Source: Raillietiella orientalis (Eukaryota). From it: a stretch of 64,000 bases of DNA. A model generated the notes under the pieces. It was not told the DNA's origin, made no database searches, and was given only the letters and a program-made list of their open reading frames with translations. Below are positions 13,001 through 25,598 of this stretch, in pieces. Location: NCBI GenBank assembly GCA_036172245.1, contig JAYWIR010000003.1:6696001-6760000 (forward strand), read 5' to 3'. Made by a program: the position numbers and the translations under genes. Position 1 is the stretch's first letter. Every line of letters starts with the position of its first letter.

Positions 13001-15915
13001 CAGCGAGCGCCGACGGCTGCCTTTTATCAGCAGCGGCGATGTGCACTCGCGTATTAATTTTAATGACCCACTCGTAATTATTTGCATTCTCAGATAAACA
13101 CAAAGCACCGTTTTTTTCTCTCTCTTTTCCCCCCCCCCCTTCCTTCCTTCCTTCCTTTCTTCCTCCCTCCCCCTTCCTTTTCTCAAGTGTTGTGTGTGTG
13201 TCGGGCACGCTGTCCCTTCGTGCCGTTCCCGTACCCGGTCCCCCCACTCACTCCCACGCGACTGTACACTGCGCTTGGTGTATACACGCTGCGGGGGGGG
13301 GGAAACGCTCGTTCCTCCCGGCCCGGTCGGGGTCGGCTCGCTCGCTTTCGCGTGTGCGTGCGCGTCGCTGCCTCCGCGGCCGTGTCGTTCGGGATTAAGG
13401 ACGTGGCTTTAGTGCTTAAAGTCCTGAGGCTCACTTACTCCCTTCGTGCTTCGCGTGTTCCAAGTGCACTCGGAGGAATCGCCAGGATTACTCGATTGCA
13501 GGACGCACGAGAAAGCTTCTGGAAACGCCACGAGCGTCCTTTCCTTCCCGGCAATTTCGCCCCGGTAATCCAGCCCCTGACCGATCACAAGGAGCAGCTT
13601 GATCCCTTTGCGGGATCGGTATGCCGGAATTCGAGACGGTCCCCCCCCCCCCTTCGTCCTCCGCGGGGGGGGAGGGGCACGCCTCATCTCTGAGCGTCTC
13701 GAAGCACTGCCACTCCTTTCGCTCACTCCTTTCGGTCTCCCTCCTGGAGTTCTTCCTGACGTCCTGTTTGCTCCAGCCTCCGGAATTCGATTTCCTTGTT
13801 TGGAACGCCTGGGCGCCTGAGGGGGGCACTTTCAAAAACTGTGAGGGAAGGAGGAAAGAGTTTGGAAAGATCTCCGCCGGCCGGCGGGGACGACACGAGC
13901 GGGTCTTTCCATCGGTCCCTGTGGGGTGTTTGCAACGGTGACCCATAGCGGTGGCGGACACCACCGGGGATCGCACGCACCCCTTCCTTGCTCAAGGCTG
14001 GACACCGTGCACTTTCCGTGTTCTCACCTGGTTGCTTTCCGCCTGACCGCATCGGCAAGAGTGACCAGCCGCCTTTAGCGATTAGGGACCTCGCGTTCGC
14101 ACCCATTCGCCCTGCAAGCGTCTTCGCCGAGAGTGATCTTCCGTGCCTTGCATTCTCCGAAAGAGCGCGGTCTGCACCACCGCCCCCACCACCACCACCA
14201 CCAGAAGTGCACGCTCATCGCGGCAGGAGAAGAATTCCGATTTCCCCCCGGCGCGCTATTTTTTCACACCTCAGCGAAACGGCTGCAAATGCCCTCTCCA
14301 TCGCGTGTGAAACGTGCTTTTCGCGGCCCGGTGCCCCCGGTCACATGAGAGGATGACCTGGGTGTGGAAGAACGCGCCAAAGCTGCCCGCTGCCGGCACG
14401 CAGGGGACGGGCACCAAGTCGATCACCCAAGAAGAACCCCGTTCCCCGTGTGCCCCCGTCCGGGCGCGCGCTGGGGGTCGGGGGAGGGGGGAGGGGGTGA
14501 AGTGTGAAACGCCGAAAGCACGCGCGTTCCCTTAAAGAAGAGGAGGACCCTTCCCGGATGGGGGTATCCCTCCGCCGCCCTTCTGGTGCTTGGAATTCCC
14601 CCGCCACGAGTGGTGCCTGCCGAGGTGGAAGCGGCGCCGCAAAGCCGAGCTCCCGGACCCACGTGCCCCCTCCGTGGTGTCGCAAGCTGGTACTCGATTG
14701 CCCTGGAGGCTTGCTGTCCCGTTCTTTGGCCTTGCTGCTTCGGAGTTCAGATGGGACATTGGCGAAAACGCATTGCGGCGGCGAATCGTGCGTATTCCTT
14801 TTGGTGCTTATCTTCCCTCCTCCTCCTCCTCCGCCTGAGTTTTCTTGCCCTGCTTGTTGTTCTTTCTATGGGGGATGGGGGCGGGAGTGGTGGTGGGGGG
14901 GAGGGGACGTTTGCTTTGGTGAAAGCAGTCGTGTCGCACTGTGGCCATCACCGCTTGCCTGTTGCGTATCGGCTGGACCCCAGAATTCACGCTGTGGCCA
15001 TCGTATCTGTACAACTGTACACGAAATCAGTGCAAAGTCGCTGTCGGGCGCTCCATCGCTGACCGGGCACGTGCCCTGGCGTGTCTCCCCCACCCCCCCA
15101 CCCTCTCGTGAGGCCCTTTCGCAAAGTCCCAGCCTTCCTCCTGTGCGCCTTTTTCCTTCTTTTATTGTCCATCCTTTGAATTCCCTTCGAAGCGTCCCTT
15201 TTTTCTCTGGAGTGAGCACCGTCCGCGAGAGCAGCAGCAAATGCACTGAGGTGTTCTCTCGATGATGTTTGTAGCCGTCCTTCTTGTTGCTGCCGTTGTT
15301 GTTGTTGTTGTTGTTGTGCGTGAGCGGGTGGGTGGGTGGTAGGAATTCTTTTTGAAAAAAGTTATTTGCGTGCGGAAACGCGCTGTCGCAATTTCCGAGG
15401 TGTCTCCCTGCGATCGCTCTCCATTGTGATTTGCGAGGAACGTCTTGCGGCTTCGGGAGAAAAATTCTTCGCCATCCAGACGGCGGCGGAGGAACGGTGA
15501 ATCATCCGTTTCTATGAATACGCGCGCACACCCTCCTCATTTCGACTCGCTTTAATTAGGAAGGCCGACGCAGTGTGTTCCCCCCCCCCTTGTTCTTGTG
15601 GTGTTTTCGCGAAGCGTGGCCCTCCCCCACCCCCCGCATGTGCATCCGACGACGACAAGTACCACCACCGGGAAGGATGCAAATCGCTTCCAGAAAGTGG
15701 ATGCGATGGCAACGCGCGGCTGCCCGCCCGATCCCCCCTCCCCTCCCCCCCCCCCCTCCCCTCATCCACGACGGGATGGCGGGAACGCGGGAGGAATAAA
15801 TAGGTGTACCGTCTTCCCGTCTGAAAGTCGCGCACCAGGGCGGGCGTGCCAACAGCAGATTCAGCGTGCCATCCGCCTTGGCTGCTGCTGCCAAGCGCAA
15901 CCGAAACAAAAGAGA

Positions 15916-15925
15916 CTAAAAATAG
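15916..15925 (+). promoter_or_regulatory. Perfect MEF2 binding site CTAAAAATAG
   Basis: Exact match to CTA(A/T)4TAG in GC-rich DNA ~6.9 kb upstream of the Mef2 ATG. Confidence 0.55.
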
Positions 15926-16816
15926 TTCCATCTGCGATTCGGAAGAGCTTCGATCTTCTGCGACACGTGCTCTCGGAGGATCGCTCCTCATCCGTCCTCC
16001 GCACTCGCCGTCCCACCGCGCGGCTGCTGCTGCTGGTGGCGCTGGTGAGCCACCGGCGCGTGGATGGATCCAAACCGCCTCGCTCTCTCGAGGGCCTCCC
16101 CGAGGAAGCGACCCCCCTTCCTCTCTCTCCCCGTTTTTTTTCTTCTTCTTCCTTGCGGTTGCGTTTATTTCCTATTTTATTTTATTTTTCGAAAACCCCG
16201 CCGTGGCCACGGGGGGGGTTTCCGGTGGACGGCTGGGGGGGGGAGGGGTGACTCGGAGCAACTCATCCCTTTCCTCGAAGAGGGAGGAGATTGCTGATCG
16301 CTGATGATTTATAAACAGATAGGCAGCCTCCTCCGGGGTGAGAGTAAACAAACTCGTGTGTGGAGCAGCTGTTCTTCCTGCATTACGCACAGGAATCCGA
16401 AAGGTTCATCAACCCTTCCGTGGGCACCCGGGGCATCGCGCCTGCGGGGAGCTCCTGGCCCCATCCCGGCTCTTCCTGGCCTCCGCCTCCACTTTGGTGC
16501 GCGCGCGCGCTCCCCGCGTGGAAGCTGCGCGCGCCTCCTTTTGCGCACATCACGTGAAAACAGCCGTGCCTTTATTTATTTGCAGGAGGGGCGGGGGGGG
16601 GGGGAGGAAGGGAAAGGAAAAGAGGGGAACGGGGGGGGGGGGAGAGGAAGAAAGAAGAAGGAGAAGAAGGAAAAAAAAAAAAAAAAAGGAAAAAAAGAGA
16701 GCGGGAAGGGAAGGTGGGGTAGAGGGGGTATCCTATCCTTGACATTTATTATACCTCGTCAGAGAAGATGGATTTGACATTGAAAGTGGACATTGGTCTG
16801 ATTTTATTTTCGGATT

Positions 16817-16826
16817 CTATTTTTAG
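16817..16826 (-). promoter_or_regulatory. Perfect MEF2 binding site (CTATTTTTAG on +)
   Basis: Exact match to CTA(A/T)4TAG within an AT-rich patch ~6 kb upstream of the Mef2 ATG. Confidence 0.55.
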
Positions 16827-17358
16827 CACACTTTAAAACTGGCACAAGGAGATTTACGATGATGTCACTCGGCAACGCCGCTGCTTCGCCCGCGGGCATT
16901 TTCTCCCATTTACGCTATCTCGAAATCGCCAGTATGAAGGATGAGGAGGAGGAGGAGGTTGCGATGATGCAAGGAGGAGGAGGGAGGGAGGAAGGGGGGG
17001 GGGAAGGGGAGGGGATTGTGTTAGCGAGGCCCCGTGCAGGCTGTTGCTTCACGCGGCGCATTGTTACCCGGCCGACGGTTGTCATGGTTATGGCCGCCCT
17101 GCGCCGCGGCTGCTCACTTTTGCACGGCTGACGTGAGCGCACCGCGCCTTTCGTGAGGGAGGGGGGCGCGCGGGCTGACCTCACCTTTCCCTCCGCGAGC
17201 TGCGGCTGGTGGTGACTTAGTTTGTGTTCGGCTTACGCACGATTTGCCGCAGCACGTGCCAAGAGGGGGACGAGCGGGAAACGGGAAAGGAAAAAAAAAA
17301 GGAAGAAAAGGAAGAAAAGGAAGGAAAAAAGGCCTCCTCTCTCTCTCTTTTTTTCCTT

Positions 17359-17390
<32 letters not shown>

Positions 17391-17417
17391 CCCCTCTTTC
17401 CCATATGCTTTTTGCAG

Positions 17418-17523
17418 TTGTTGCCATTTTTGGCGAACGCTTTCGGAGGAAATCGTATACGGAAACTTTTGGGATGAGTCCAGGAGAGGTATCGCGCTCG
17501 GGTAACGTGCTGCTGCTGTGCAG
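17418..17523 (+). other. Candidate non-coding 5' UTR exon of Mef2
   Basis: A long poly-T tract (about 17349-17400) and TTTTTGCAG acceptor end at 17417; a CAG|GTAAAC donor begins at 17524. Confidence 0.4.
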
Positions 17524-18657
17524 GTAAACGAATTGCTTCACGTTTTGTAATGGTGGTGGCCGAATGACGATGATGGGGGGTGCGCGGGGGTGGTGCTTCT
17601 CCCTCGTCGTCGTCGCCCCTTCACCCTCCCCCCCTCCCCCCCCCCCCACCCCACCCCCTCCGAGCGTCGTCGCATACGAAACCGCAGGGAGGGAGGGTGC
17701 GTACGCGTGCGTGCGTACGGATCGGAGAGAGGGGCGGAGGACGACGAGAATCATTTCGCTCGCGGCGGCGTCTTCCTGATTTCCCCGTCTGTCGAAAAAG
17801 GCTCCCTCCCCCTTTTCTCCGTCGTTGTCATTGCCGTCACCATCGCCATCATCACCATCGCCATCATCATCGTCATCATCATGACGATTCTTATTATTGT
17901 TGTTGCCGTTACCGCATTCTCCGGCTGCTTCCTCGAGTAATTAGATCGCGGGCGATGGGATCCGGGGGGGGAGGGAGGGAGGTTCTCCCCCCCCCCCTCC
18001 CTCCCTCTTTCCTGCCATAAACATGTCACCTGCACTCGAGACAAAAGAATGCAAAACCGGAAGCGGAGCGGAGCGTTCTCTTTGCAAGGATTGCCCTTTC
18101 GTTGCGCTCCCTCTTAGCGTGTGTGACATTTGCGGGGGATAGAACGCACGTGTTCCGGAATGTAATTGATGATTAGCCATTAAAGACTGATCTGCATCTT
18201 CCTTTCATTTCGGCCTGCGAGCGCTCCAGGTGTTGTTTCCGATGATCCGTCGCAGCGGCACCGGCGCCAGCAGCAGCAAACAGAAGCCGCGGCGGCTCTT
18301 ACGTTTCATTTCTTACGTTTTCGGACTCCTTTCCTCCTCCCCCCCCCCCCCCTTTTTTTTTTTTTTTTTCCTTTTTTTTTTTCTCCCTCCTCCTTCTTCC
18401 CCCCCTCTCTCCTTCCCCTCGGAAAGGGAGGAGGAAGAAGAAGGAAGGAACCCGAAAATCCTCCTCCGCGTCGAGCAAGGCAGTAGGTGTGCTCCCCATG
18501 TGCCGCTGCGCCCGTGCCCCCCATCGGATCGTTGAGGGAGGAATGCTTCCGAGCCATGGTGATCCCATTGTGTGTACACTGATTGATAATGAGATCTGTG
18601 TAAGTACACTCCCATTCGAGCCAAAGAGGGAAAAGGAAAAAAAAAAAATGAATTTTT

Positions 18658-18664
<7 letters not shown>

Positions 18665-18719
<55 letters not shown>
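18665..18719. repeat. (CT/GA)n microsatellite
   Basis: Near-perfect CT repeat, directly visible. Confidence 0.9.
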
Positions 18720-18734
<15 letters not shown>

Positions 18735-20334
18735 CCTTTTTTTTTTTTTCTTTTCCTTTTCCCTTTTTTGATAAGATACGGCGTTCATTCTCGAGATTAT
18801 TTTAAGTTTCTCATGATTTCTTAAATAAAATAAGGAGCCATTCCTGGCGGAACCCACCCGAATTTCAAGATCTTCCCAGGAGGGGACTTCTGTTTTTGTG
18901 AGATCCGAAAGGAAAAAGGAAAAAGCGTTCTCCAAGGAGAATTTTTCTTTCCAGAATTTAGCAATTTTCTTTTGTTTTTTTTTTTTGTTTTTTTTTTTTT
19001 TTTTTGGGGGGGGGGGGAAGGGGGTTGCACGCGTGCGTAGGTGCCATGTAGTGGAAGGGAAAAAGAGAGAGAGAGAGAGAGAGAAAAAAAAAAACATGTA
19101 CATTCTCAAGAGAGTTTTCCTTTCTTTCTTCCCCCCTCCCCCCCGTTCCCTGGCTGGGATTGCACCGTTTCCCCCTCTCCCTGCATCCCGGGAGTCAGCT
19201 CTTCGTGGACCCTTTGTGAAATGAAATTCGGGCGTCTCTTCACTGTGTACGTATACAAGTGGCATGGGGTTTGCATTTGCTTGTACGGTACCGTGCTGCA
19301 TGCTGCATGCCTGCAGTAGATCCAAGTGGAGCGTGAGGGGGTGCACGTGTGTGTGTGTGTGTGTACCCCACGACTGGTAAAACGGGTCCGCCTTGGATGC
19401 CTGCGGATCCGACCTCCTGGAAGCACACGCAATGTGGAGCCGCCGCCGCCGCCGCCTCCAGCGCAGAAGATGGCGCCACGACTGGACTCTTGACCGTTCC
19501 GAAGAGTACGTGCGTGTGCACTTGGGGTACGGGGGGTGGGCAGCCTTTTGGTACCATGAGGGACCGGGCGGCGGCTGCGGGGGGTACCTGCGGTTCCCGT
19601 CGCGCGGGATGCTTTCGGATGCTGCCGGAAGTCACTCTCCCGATCCGCCCCGCCGCTTCCCGAAGATCCCCTTCCGATCGCGAAATTCGCGTCGCGTCGT
19701 CACCTGCGTGCACCTGCTGCCCCCGGCCCCTCCTCCTCCGAGGAGCTTCCCGGAAGGATTTGGCACGTGCTGTGGGGAACGCGCGGGGCCGAGGATCGGC
19801 CGCTGCAGTGCGGATTCGGGGAACCCCGCGGGCGTGCGCCCTCCCGCGGCCAGGGGTGGAGCGAGCGACGGGCGGACCCGCGGAGCCGACGGCCGTCCCG
19901 CGAATGCGAGCTCCGGGATACTCCCTGGCGAATAAGGGAGGAAGCGTGCGCAGAGCCTTCCGCCATTTCCCACGGAGCGCTTCCGCTGGCGCGGCCCCCC
20001 CGGCGGCCCCCGGTGGGCGGCTCGACGCCGGCGCTGCCTTCACCAGCGCCGAGTCCCGCGGTGGAGGAACCTCCCCTCCTCGAGGGGGGTTGTTCCCCCC
20101 CCCCTTCCGGGAGTTTTCTTTCCTCCCTCTCGCCTCCCCCCCTCCGCCTGCCCCCCGCCGACCGGAGAGGAGCGCTGGGGTCGACCCGAAGGCTCCGACG
20201 GGGCGGCGCACGGACAGCCGCCTTTTTTTTTTTCTGCTGGAGGTCTCTCCGAGCACGCGGGCAGCCGCCGTGAGCCCACGGCGACCGCAGCGCACTCGCC
20301 GCCGCGGAGCCCTATTGATTGTCGCCGACGGTGT

Positions 20335-20366
<32 letters not shown>

Positions 20367-20843
20367 GCCCCGTGAGGAGGAGGGGGGCGGGCGGACCAAG
20401 TTCGCCTTGAACCGTGCGCGCGTCTCCCGCGGGAGATGCGCGCGACCTGCATTGATGCACTCGCCGCGTGACATTGCCCGCCAGCGATCCACGGGGGCCG
20501 CAAGTACCATTCGGCGCTTCCGGGCCGCTCGTTCCGGTCAGACGTACTGCGAAAGCGGATTGAAAAAGTGTCGTCGTCTCCAGAAGGAAGGAAGGAAGGA
20601 GGAAGGAGCATGGGGTGGGAATTACCGTCACAGTACCAGCGACCAATAGCGTACGCTTGGCACATGTCGCTGAGGTGAAATGTTGGCGAGCTGCTCGTGC
20701 CTTAAGTACTGCAGGAGTTTTGCAGCAGGTATTCGCTGGAAATGTTGCCAAGAAGGATTTTCGTTGTCCCCCCCCCCCCTTCCACCCCACCCCCCGCCGA
20801 CTCCCCCCCCCCCTCTCTCTCTTCTCCCTGCGTGCGTGCGTGC

Positions 20844-20907
20844 GTGTGTGTGATTGTGTGTGTGTGTGTGTGTGTGTGTGATTGTGTGTGTGTGTGTGTG
20901 TGTGTGT
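20844..20907. repeat. Interrupted (TG)n microsatellite
   Basis: TG runs interrupted twice by AT. Confidence 0.9.
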
Positions 20908-21958
20908 TCTCCCCTCCCCCTCCCGAAAGTTTCTGCCTCCTCCTCCTCCTCCCTCATCCGAGCTCCCTTATGTTTAATGCTCTCGTCCTCTTGGACTTTA
21001 TTTTAAGAATACCTGCTGGTTGGATAGAAGGTTTGTTAATTTTAGTGCGCAAAGTCCCCGTTTTGTCTGTGCTAAATTTATTCAGTGGTTCTAAAAATTG
21101 TGTATATTGTGCTATTTTCTTCCGCGGCATCCCTTAACTTGTGGCAAAAGTTGTTTTCCTTTTTTTCCCCCCCCCCTTATTCTTCCCTCCCCCTCCCCCC
21201 CGCCGCCCCCTTCCCCCCCGTTATTTTCGAAACGGTCAATGGATTTGAAGGGATTTCATTGATGGGAACGGTCCCTGCAAATTGTATACGCCACCCTGTA
21301 TGTTCACCTTACAGCATGTCTTTTTTTTCTTTTAAGGGGGGTGGGTGGGTGGGTAGGGGGTGGGGGTGGGGATGGGGGGAGGGATGCCGTTGCTTTTGTT
21401 CGCGAAGAGAGTTCTTTCGTTTCGGGATGTCGTTTATCCGTCCGTGCGCACCTTTTGCAGATTCAGTACCGCGCGTTTGCCCCCTCTTCCTTTCCTCCGT
21501 TCTTCCCCCTCCCCCCCCCCTCTTTCTCCCCCCCTCCCCCTTGTTTTTTGGGAAAGAAAGAAAAAAAAGGAAGGAAGGAAGGCACACGCCTCCTGCAGCT
21601 TTCCTTCCAGTCTGGGGAAAATTCTTGCTTGCTACGTGCATATCCTGTGCTCCCGTCGCGATCGAGTGGAAGCTGCTTCCCTTCCTTCCCCCCCCCCCTC
21701 CCCACACACACACACACACACATCCACCTCTGTCCCCCCCCCCCCCCCTCGAGTTGATAAAGGGATGTTCGCGGTGCCTCCTCCGGGTTTTCCCCCGTCT
21801 CGCAATCTGCAAAGGCAGGAGGATCCCTGGACGTGGAGCAGTGCGGCGGCGGCGTTCGGCCGGGCATGGGGGAAGAGTAAGGACTCGGAGGGAACGGAAT
21901 TCCTGCATGCAGATCCGGAAGACACGTTTTCTTCTTCTTCTTCTTTTTTTTTTTTTTT

Positions 21959-21997
<39 letters not shown>

Positions 21998-22582
21998 TTG
22001 GCCTTGGAATAATAAAATCGATTTATCGTGACGTCATCCCTCGGTCTCACTATCTGATTAGATAATTTAGGTATTTATCTTTGGTGTTAACTGGGTAAAC
22101 CGAACTTAGCGCCGATTCCTTAAGATAAAGGAAATTCACTTACGGTCGGAAATAATTTCTTCCCGAAGTTACGGATGCGCGCGGATTTCCCCCCATGCAG
22201 GGCAGCCGCCGGGATCATCGTCATCGTCATCATAACTTTTGCTTCCCATCCCGAGCGGCGTGGAGTGTGCATGTGGAACCTCCCTCTGCCCCCCGGTCAG
22301 CACCGACCCCCGTTCAACCACTAATGCCATTCGTTCCCTAATCAGCAGACACCTTCGTTTCCCCCCCACCCCCACTCTTTCTTTCTTTTTTTCTTCTCCC
22401 TCCCTTTTTTTTCCCTTTCCAAAAAGAAAAAAAAAAGAACGCTCACAACAACAACAACAAAAAAAAAAAAAAAAAAAAAAAAAAGCCGAAAAACGGAATT
22501 TATCAGGAAAAGTGTTTGGAAATCATTGTGTTTGTGCCTCCCAAACCCCCAAAGTACAGTTCACGCAACTTTCCATAGACGG

Positions 22583-22646
22583 CTAACGATCTGAACGTTT
22601 TTTTTTTTTTTTTTTTTTTTTTTTCCTTTTTTTTCTTTTTTCCCAG
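22583..22646 (+). other. Strong 3' splice site for the first Mef2 coding exon (branch point CTAAC, long poly-T tract, CCCAG)
   Basis: CTAAC at 22583-22587, a T-rich tract at 22598-22641 and CAG at 22644-22646, 150 nt before the ATG. Confidence 0.7.
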
Positions 22647-22796
22647 GTAAAAGAACGGTGACATGACCCGGTCTTCACCCAGTCACATACACCAACTATA
22701 ATCTGTATGTGAAGTGATATTATTTTCTCGTACCAAAAACCCAGCCAGCCGCATTCAAGCAGACCTCGCATTTCGCCCCCGCACCGCAAGCCGAAG

Positions 22797-24197
22797 ATGG
22801 GCCGGAAGAAAATCCAGATTTCCAGAATCACAGACGAGCGCAACCGCCAGGTTGGTAACCGCACCGCACTGCCCGTGTGTGCCCCAGACCGACCCCCTTC
22901 CCCACCGCCGCCTCCCCCCCCCCCCCCCCACTCCACCCCACCCCACCCCATGTAGGTCACGTTCAACAAACGCAAATTCGGAGTCATGAAAAAGGCGTAC
23001 GAACTCAGTGTGCTGTGTGACTGCGAGATCGCGCTCATCATCTTCTCCTCGTCCAACAAACTGTACCAATACGCCAGCACGGACATGGACAAAGTGCTGC
23101 TCAAGTACACGGAGTACAACGAGCCTCACGAGTCGCTCACGAACAAGGACATAATCGAGGTTGGTGGCGTCCCCCTCCCCGCCTCGCACCGGGCGCCCGA
23201 CGGCCCCGGGGTCCACTTTGCAGGCGCTGAACAAGAAGGAGCACAAGAACGGGAACTGCAGCCCCGACAGCCCGGACGGCGACGCGGACTGCGACTACAC
23301 CATCGCCTCGAGGCACGACAGCAAGTACAGCAAGATAGACGACGAATTCGACGGCCTCGTCATGCAGCGCGGCGCCATAAACGGTGGAAGAGTAAGTTGC
23401 GTTTGACGTTTCCGGAAATAAAATGCCGTCTCGGACGCAGACTCCTTACAATCTGCCCGTGGCCTTCGCTCACGATTCGGGAACGCCGTCCAGCGTGTCA
23501 GGCAGCACGCTGATGCACAGCCCTCGCCCGTCGTCGTCGTCGTCGGCATACCTGGACGTGGGCAGCACCAACGGCTACGCGGGACGCACTTCTCCCCAGT
23601 CCGCGTCTCCCGGACCGAGCAACCTGGCGACCAAGAGCCTCAGGCACTCGGACGCACCTGCCAGCCTTCCTGCGCGTAACGCGAACCTCCGCGTGCTGCC
23701 AGTGCTTGATGACGGCGGACGGGCGGCGGGCACATCCGTTCCGGCGCTGTCTGCTTACCCTTCTTCGTTTAGCCAGGACTTTGCCGAGCTTGGACTTGCA
23801 GGATTTGGTTGGCCCCCAACAGCTCCGCAAGGACCTCTGTCAGCAGCTGTGCAAGCAGCTGGCTTACCTACTTCAGTGCCTCATTTGTCTATTTCGACTA
23901 GTACCCCACCTCCCCCAATGAGTCCCCAATCTCTAGGCCCTCGCATTAAAGCGGAGCCCATATCTCCACCCCGCAGTATTGAACTCCGGATTGACTCTAG
24001 TCAGTCAAGTGCCACCCAGCTATCGCCCTCAGGTGAGTGCACTGAGCAGCTCTGTAACAGGAGGTGCAGGATGTTGAATTTTTGCAGGCCACCTGACACC
24101 AGTACCCTGTCATTCCTCCAACCCAGATGCCATTCAAGACTATGAACCCTTGCCACCTCTCAAGCGACCACGTTTAATTGATGGATGGCCATCTTAG
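22797..24197 (+). CDS. Mef2: Myocyte enhancer factor 2 (MADS/MEF2 transcription factor); exons 22797-22850, 22956-23159, 23224-23391, 23441-24032, 24088-24197
   Basis: Spliced translation begins [94 protein letters not shown]. It also contains the IKAEPISPP phospho-SUMO motif and ends [11 protein letters not shown]. All four introns are GT-AG and keep the frame. Confidence 0.97.
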
Positions 24198-24263
24198 TGC
24201 CCAATGGAGCTCAAATATATTTTGATACATTGAACTCTGGATGCGTTGTGTTTACAGGAACGA

Positions 24264-25537
24264 TCACAACAAGCGCCATCGGTGAACGTTGAACGCTAAC
24301 ATGAACACGGCGAAACCGCCCAGCGCACAAATCCAAGGTGTCAGGCGCCAACAGGACCTTGAACCGGCTGCTGCTTTGGGCTGACCCAGCATTCGGCGGT
24401 AGAGCTGGCGTTCTTGCTCACCTTCCTGACGCAATCTCTGCTGGAGGCCGGCCAGGAGCTGTTGCACTGCAGCCGAGGCAGGCTCCACTTGGAGGGCCTT
24501 TTGCAAGTCCGCTATGGCTTCTTGTAAACTGCCCTGGGCGGATAACACTTGGGCGTGGCGAAACAGAGCTTTCACGTTACAGGGATCACAGCACAGAACG
24601 GCTTCGAGGGCTCGCAGAGCAGCAGGCAAAGATCCCAGCTTGAGCTGGGCTGCCGCCAGGTTATTTTGTGTCTGCAGGCGCATCTCGAGAAGAGGGCGCA
24701 CTTCTTCTGGAGAATCACTGGATTCCTCATCCAAAAATTCTATCGCTCTCCGGTAGCATTGAACCGCGTGGCTATACTCAGCTCTACGATACCAAAAGTT
24801 GCCCCGTTCTCGCTTTCTTCTCCTAGAAACCGCTAAAGGAAATACGTCGACTCGTCGATCTACTGACCCTATCTGCAAACGCATCTTTACGGGATGACAC
24901 TCGGGCTCGGGCTCTATCTTCAGCAGGGAAACTTCGTACACGAGCCAAGTATCTGGGGGCACCATGCAGTCAAGTCCTTGAGAACCATATGCAAAGCGTG
25001 GGGCCATCACAACCTCCGCAGTTTCCATGAGCTCCATGAACGGCAATGCCATATCTAGTCCTTGCACAACCTGCACTTGAGCATGTATACCTTCAATGCT
25101 TTGCACATAGCAGAAAAGGACCCTCACCTCTAGGTCACCAACATGACAGTGATACTCCTCAAGCCTTTCAACCTCTTCTCCACTTTCCTTCTGTCGGCCA
25201 ACAGCATTCAAAACAACGTAGCTGCCCCACTGCGGCTTGACACCAGATTCTCCACAATGCAACACCTATTTCATGCTGCTGGCAAACCGACATCAACACG
25301 TCAAGTCCGACTCACCCTCTTGCAAAGTTCGTCACTGTCCACTATTTGAACCCATTCCGAGCTGCAAACATCACTGCTCTGCTGCGCAGGGGATGTTTCC
25401 TTCGCACCCTCTTTATTGCCGTTATCTAAGACTACATCTCCACATGAGTTCTCTATGTGCTCTGAATGTTGCTCTCCTTCCAGAGCCATGTTGCTCAGCC
25501 TAAAAGGTGTACCATCAAGCTTCCCTGTTTCACCCAT
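24264..25537 (-). CDS. FKBP8: FKBP8/FKBP38-like protein (FKBP domain, TPR repeats, C-terminal transmembrane helix); exons 25537-25316, 25265-25128, 25070-24868, 24822-24264
   Basis: FKBP-like motifs VGDLE|VVQGLDMAL and APRFAYGSQG...VPPDTWLVYEV. TPR motifs RERGNFWY, NNLAAAQLKL and NVKALFR. Hydrophobic C-terminal tail WICALGGFAVFMLAF. GT-AG introns of 50, 57 and 45 nt. Confidence 0.9.
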
Positions 25538-25598
25538 GACTGAGGGACCACTTCCCCACCCACCCTTAACAACACAAGTGCACGTCAAATGTATTTTG

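Noticed and set aside
1..22600. Many long ORFs (e.g. 4835-6334, 19240-20790)
   Set aside because: They are low-complexity translations of homopolymers and GC-rich DNA, overlap in all frames and show no recognisable domain.
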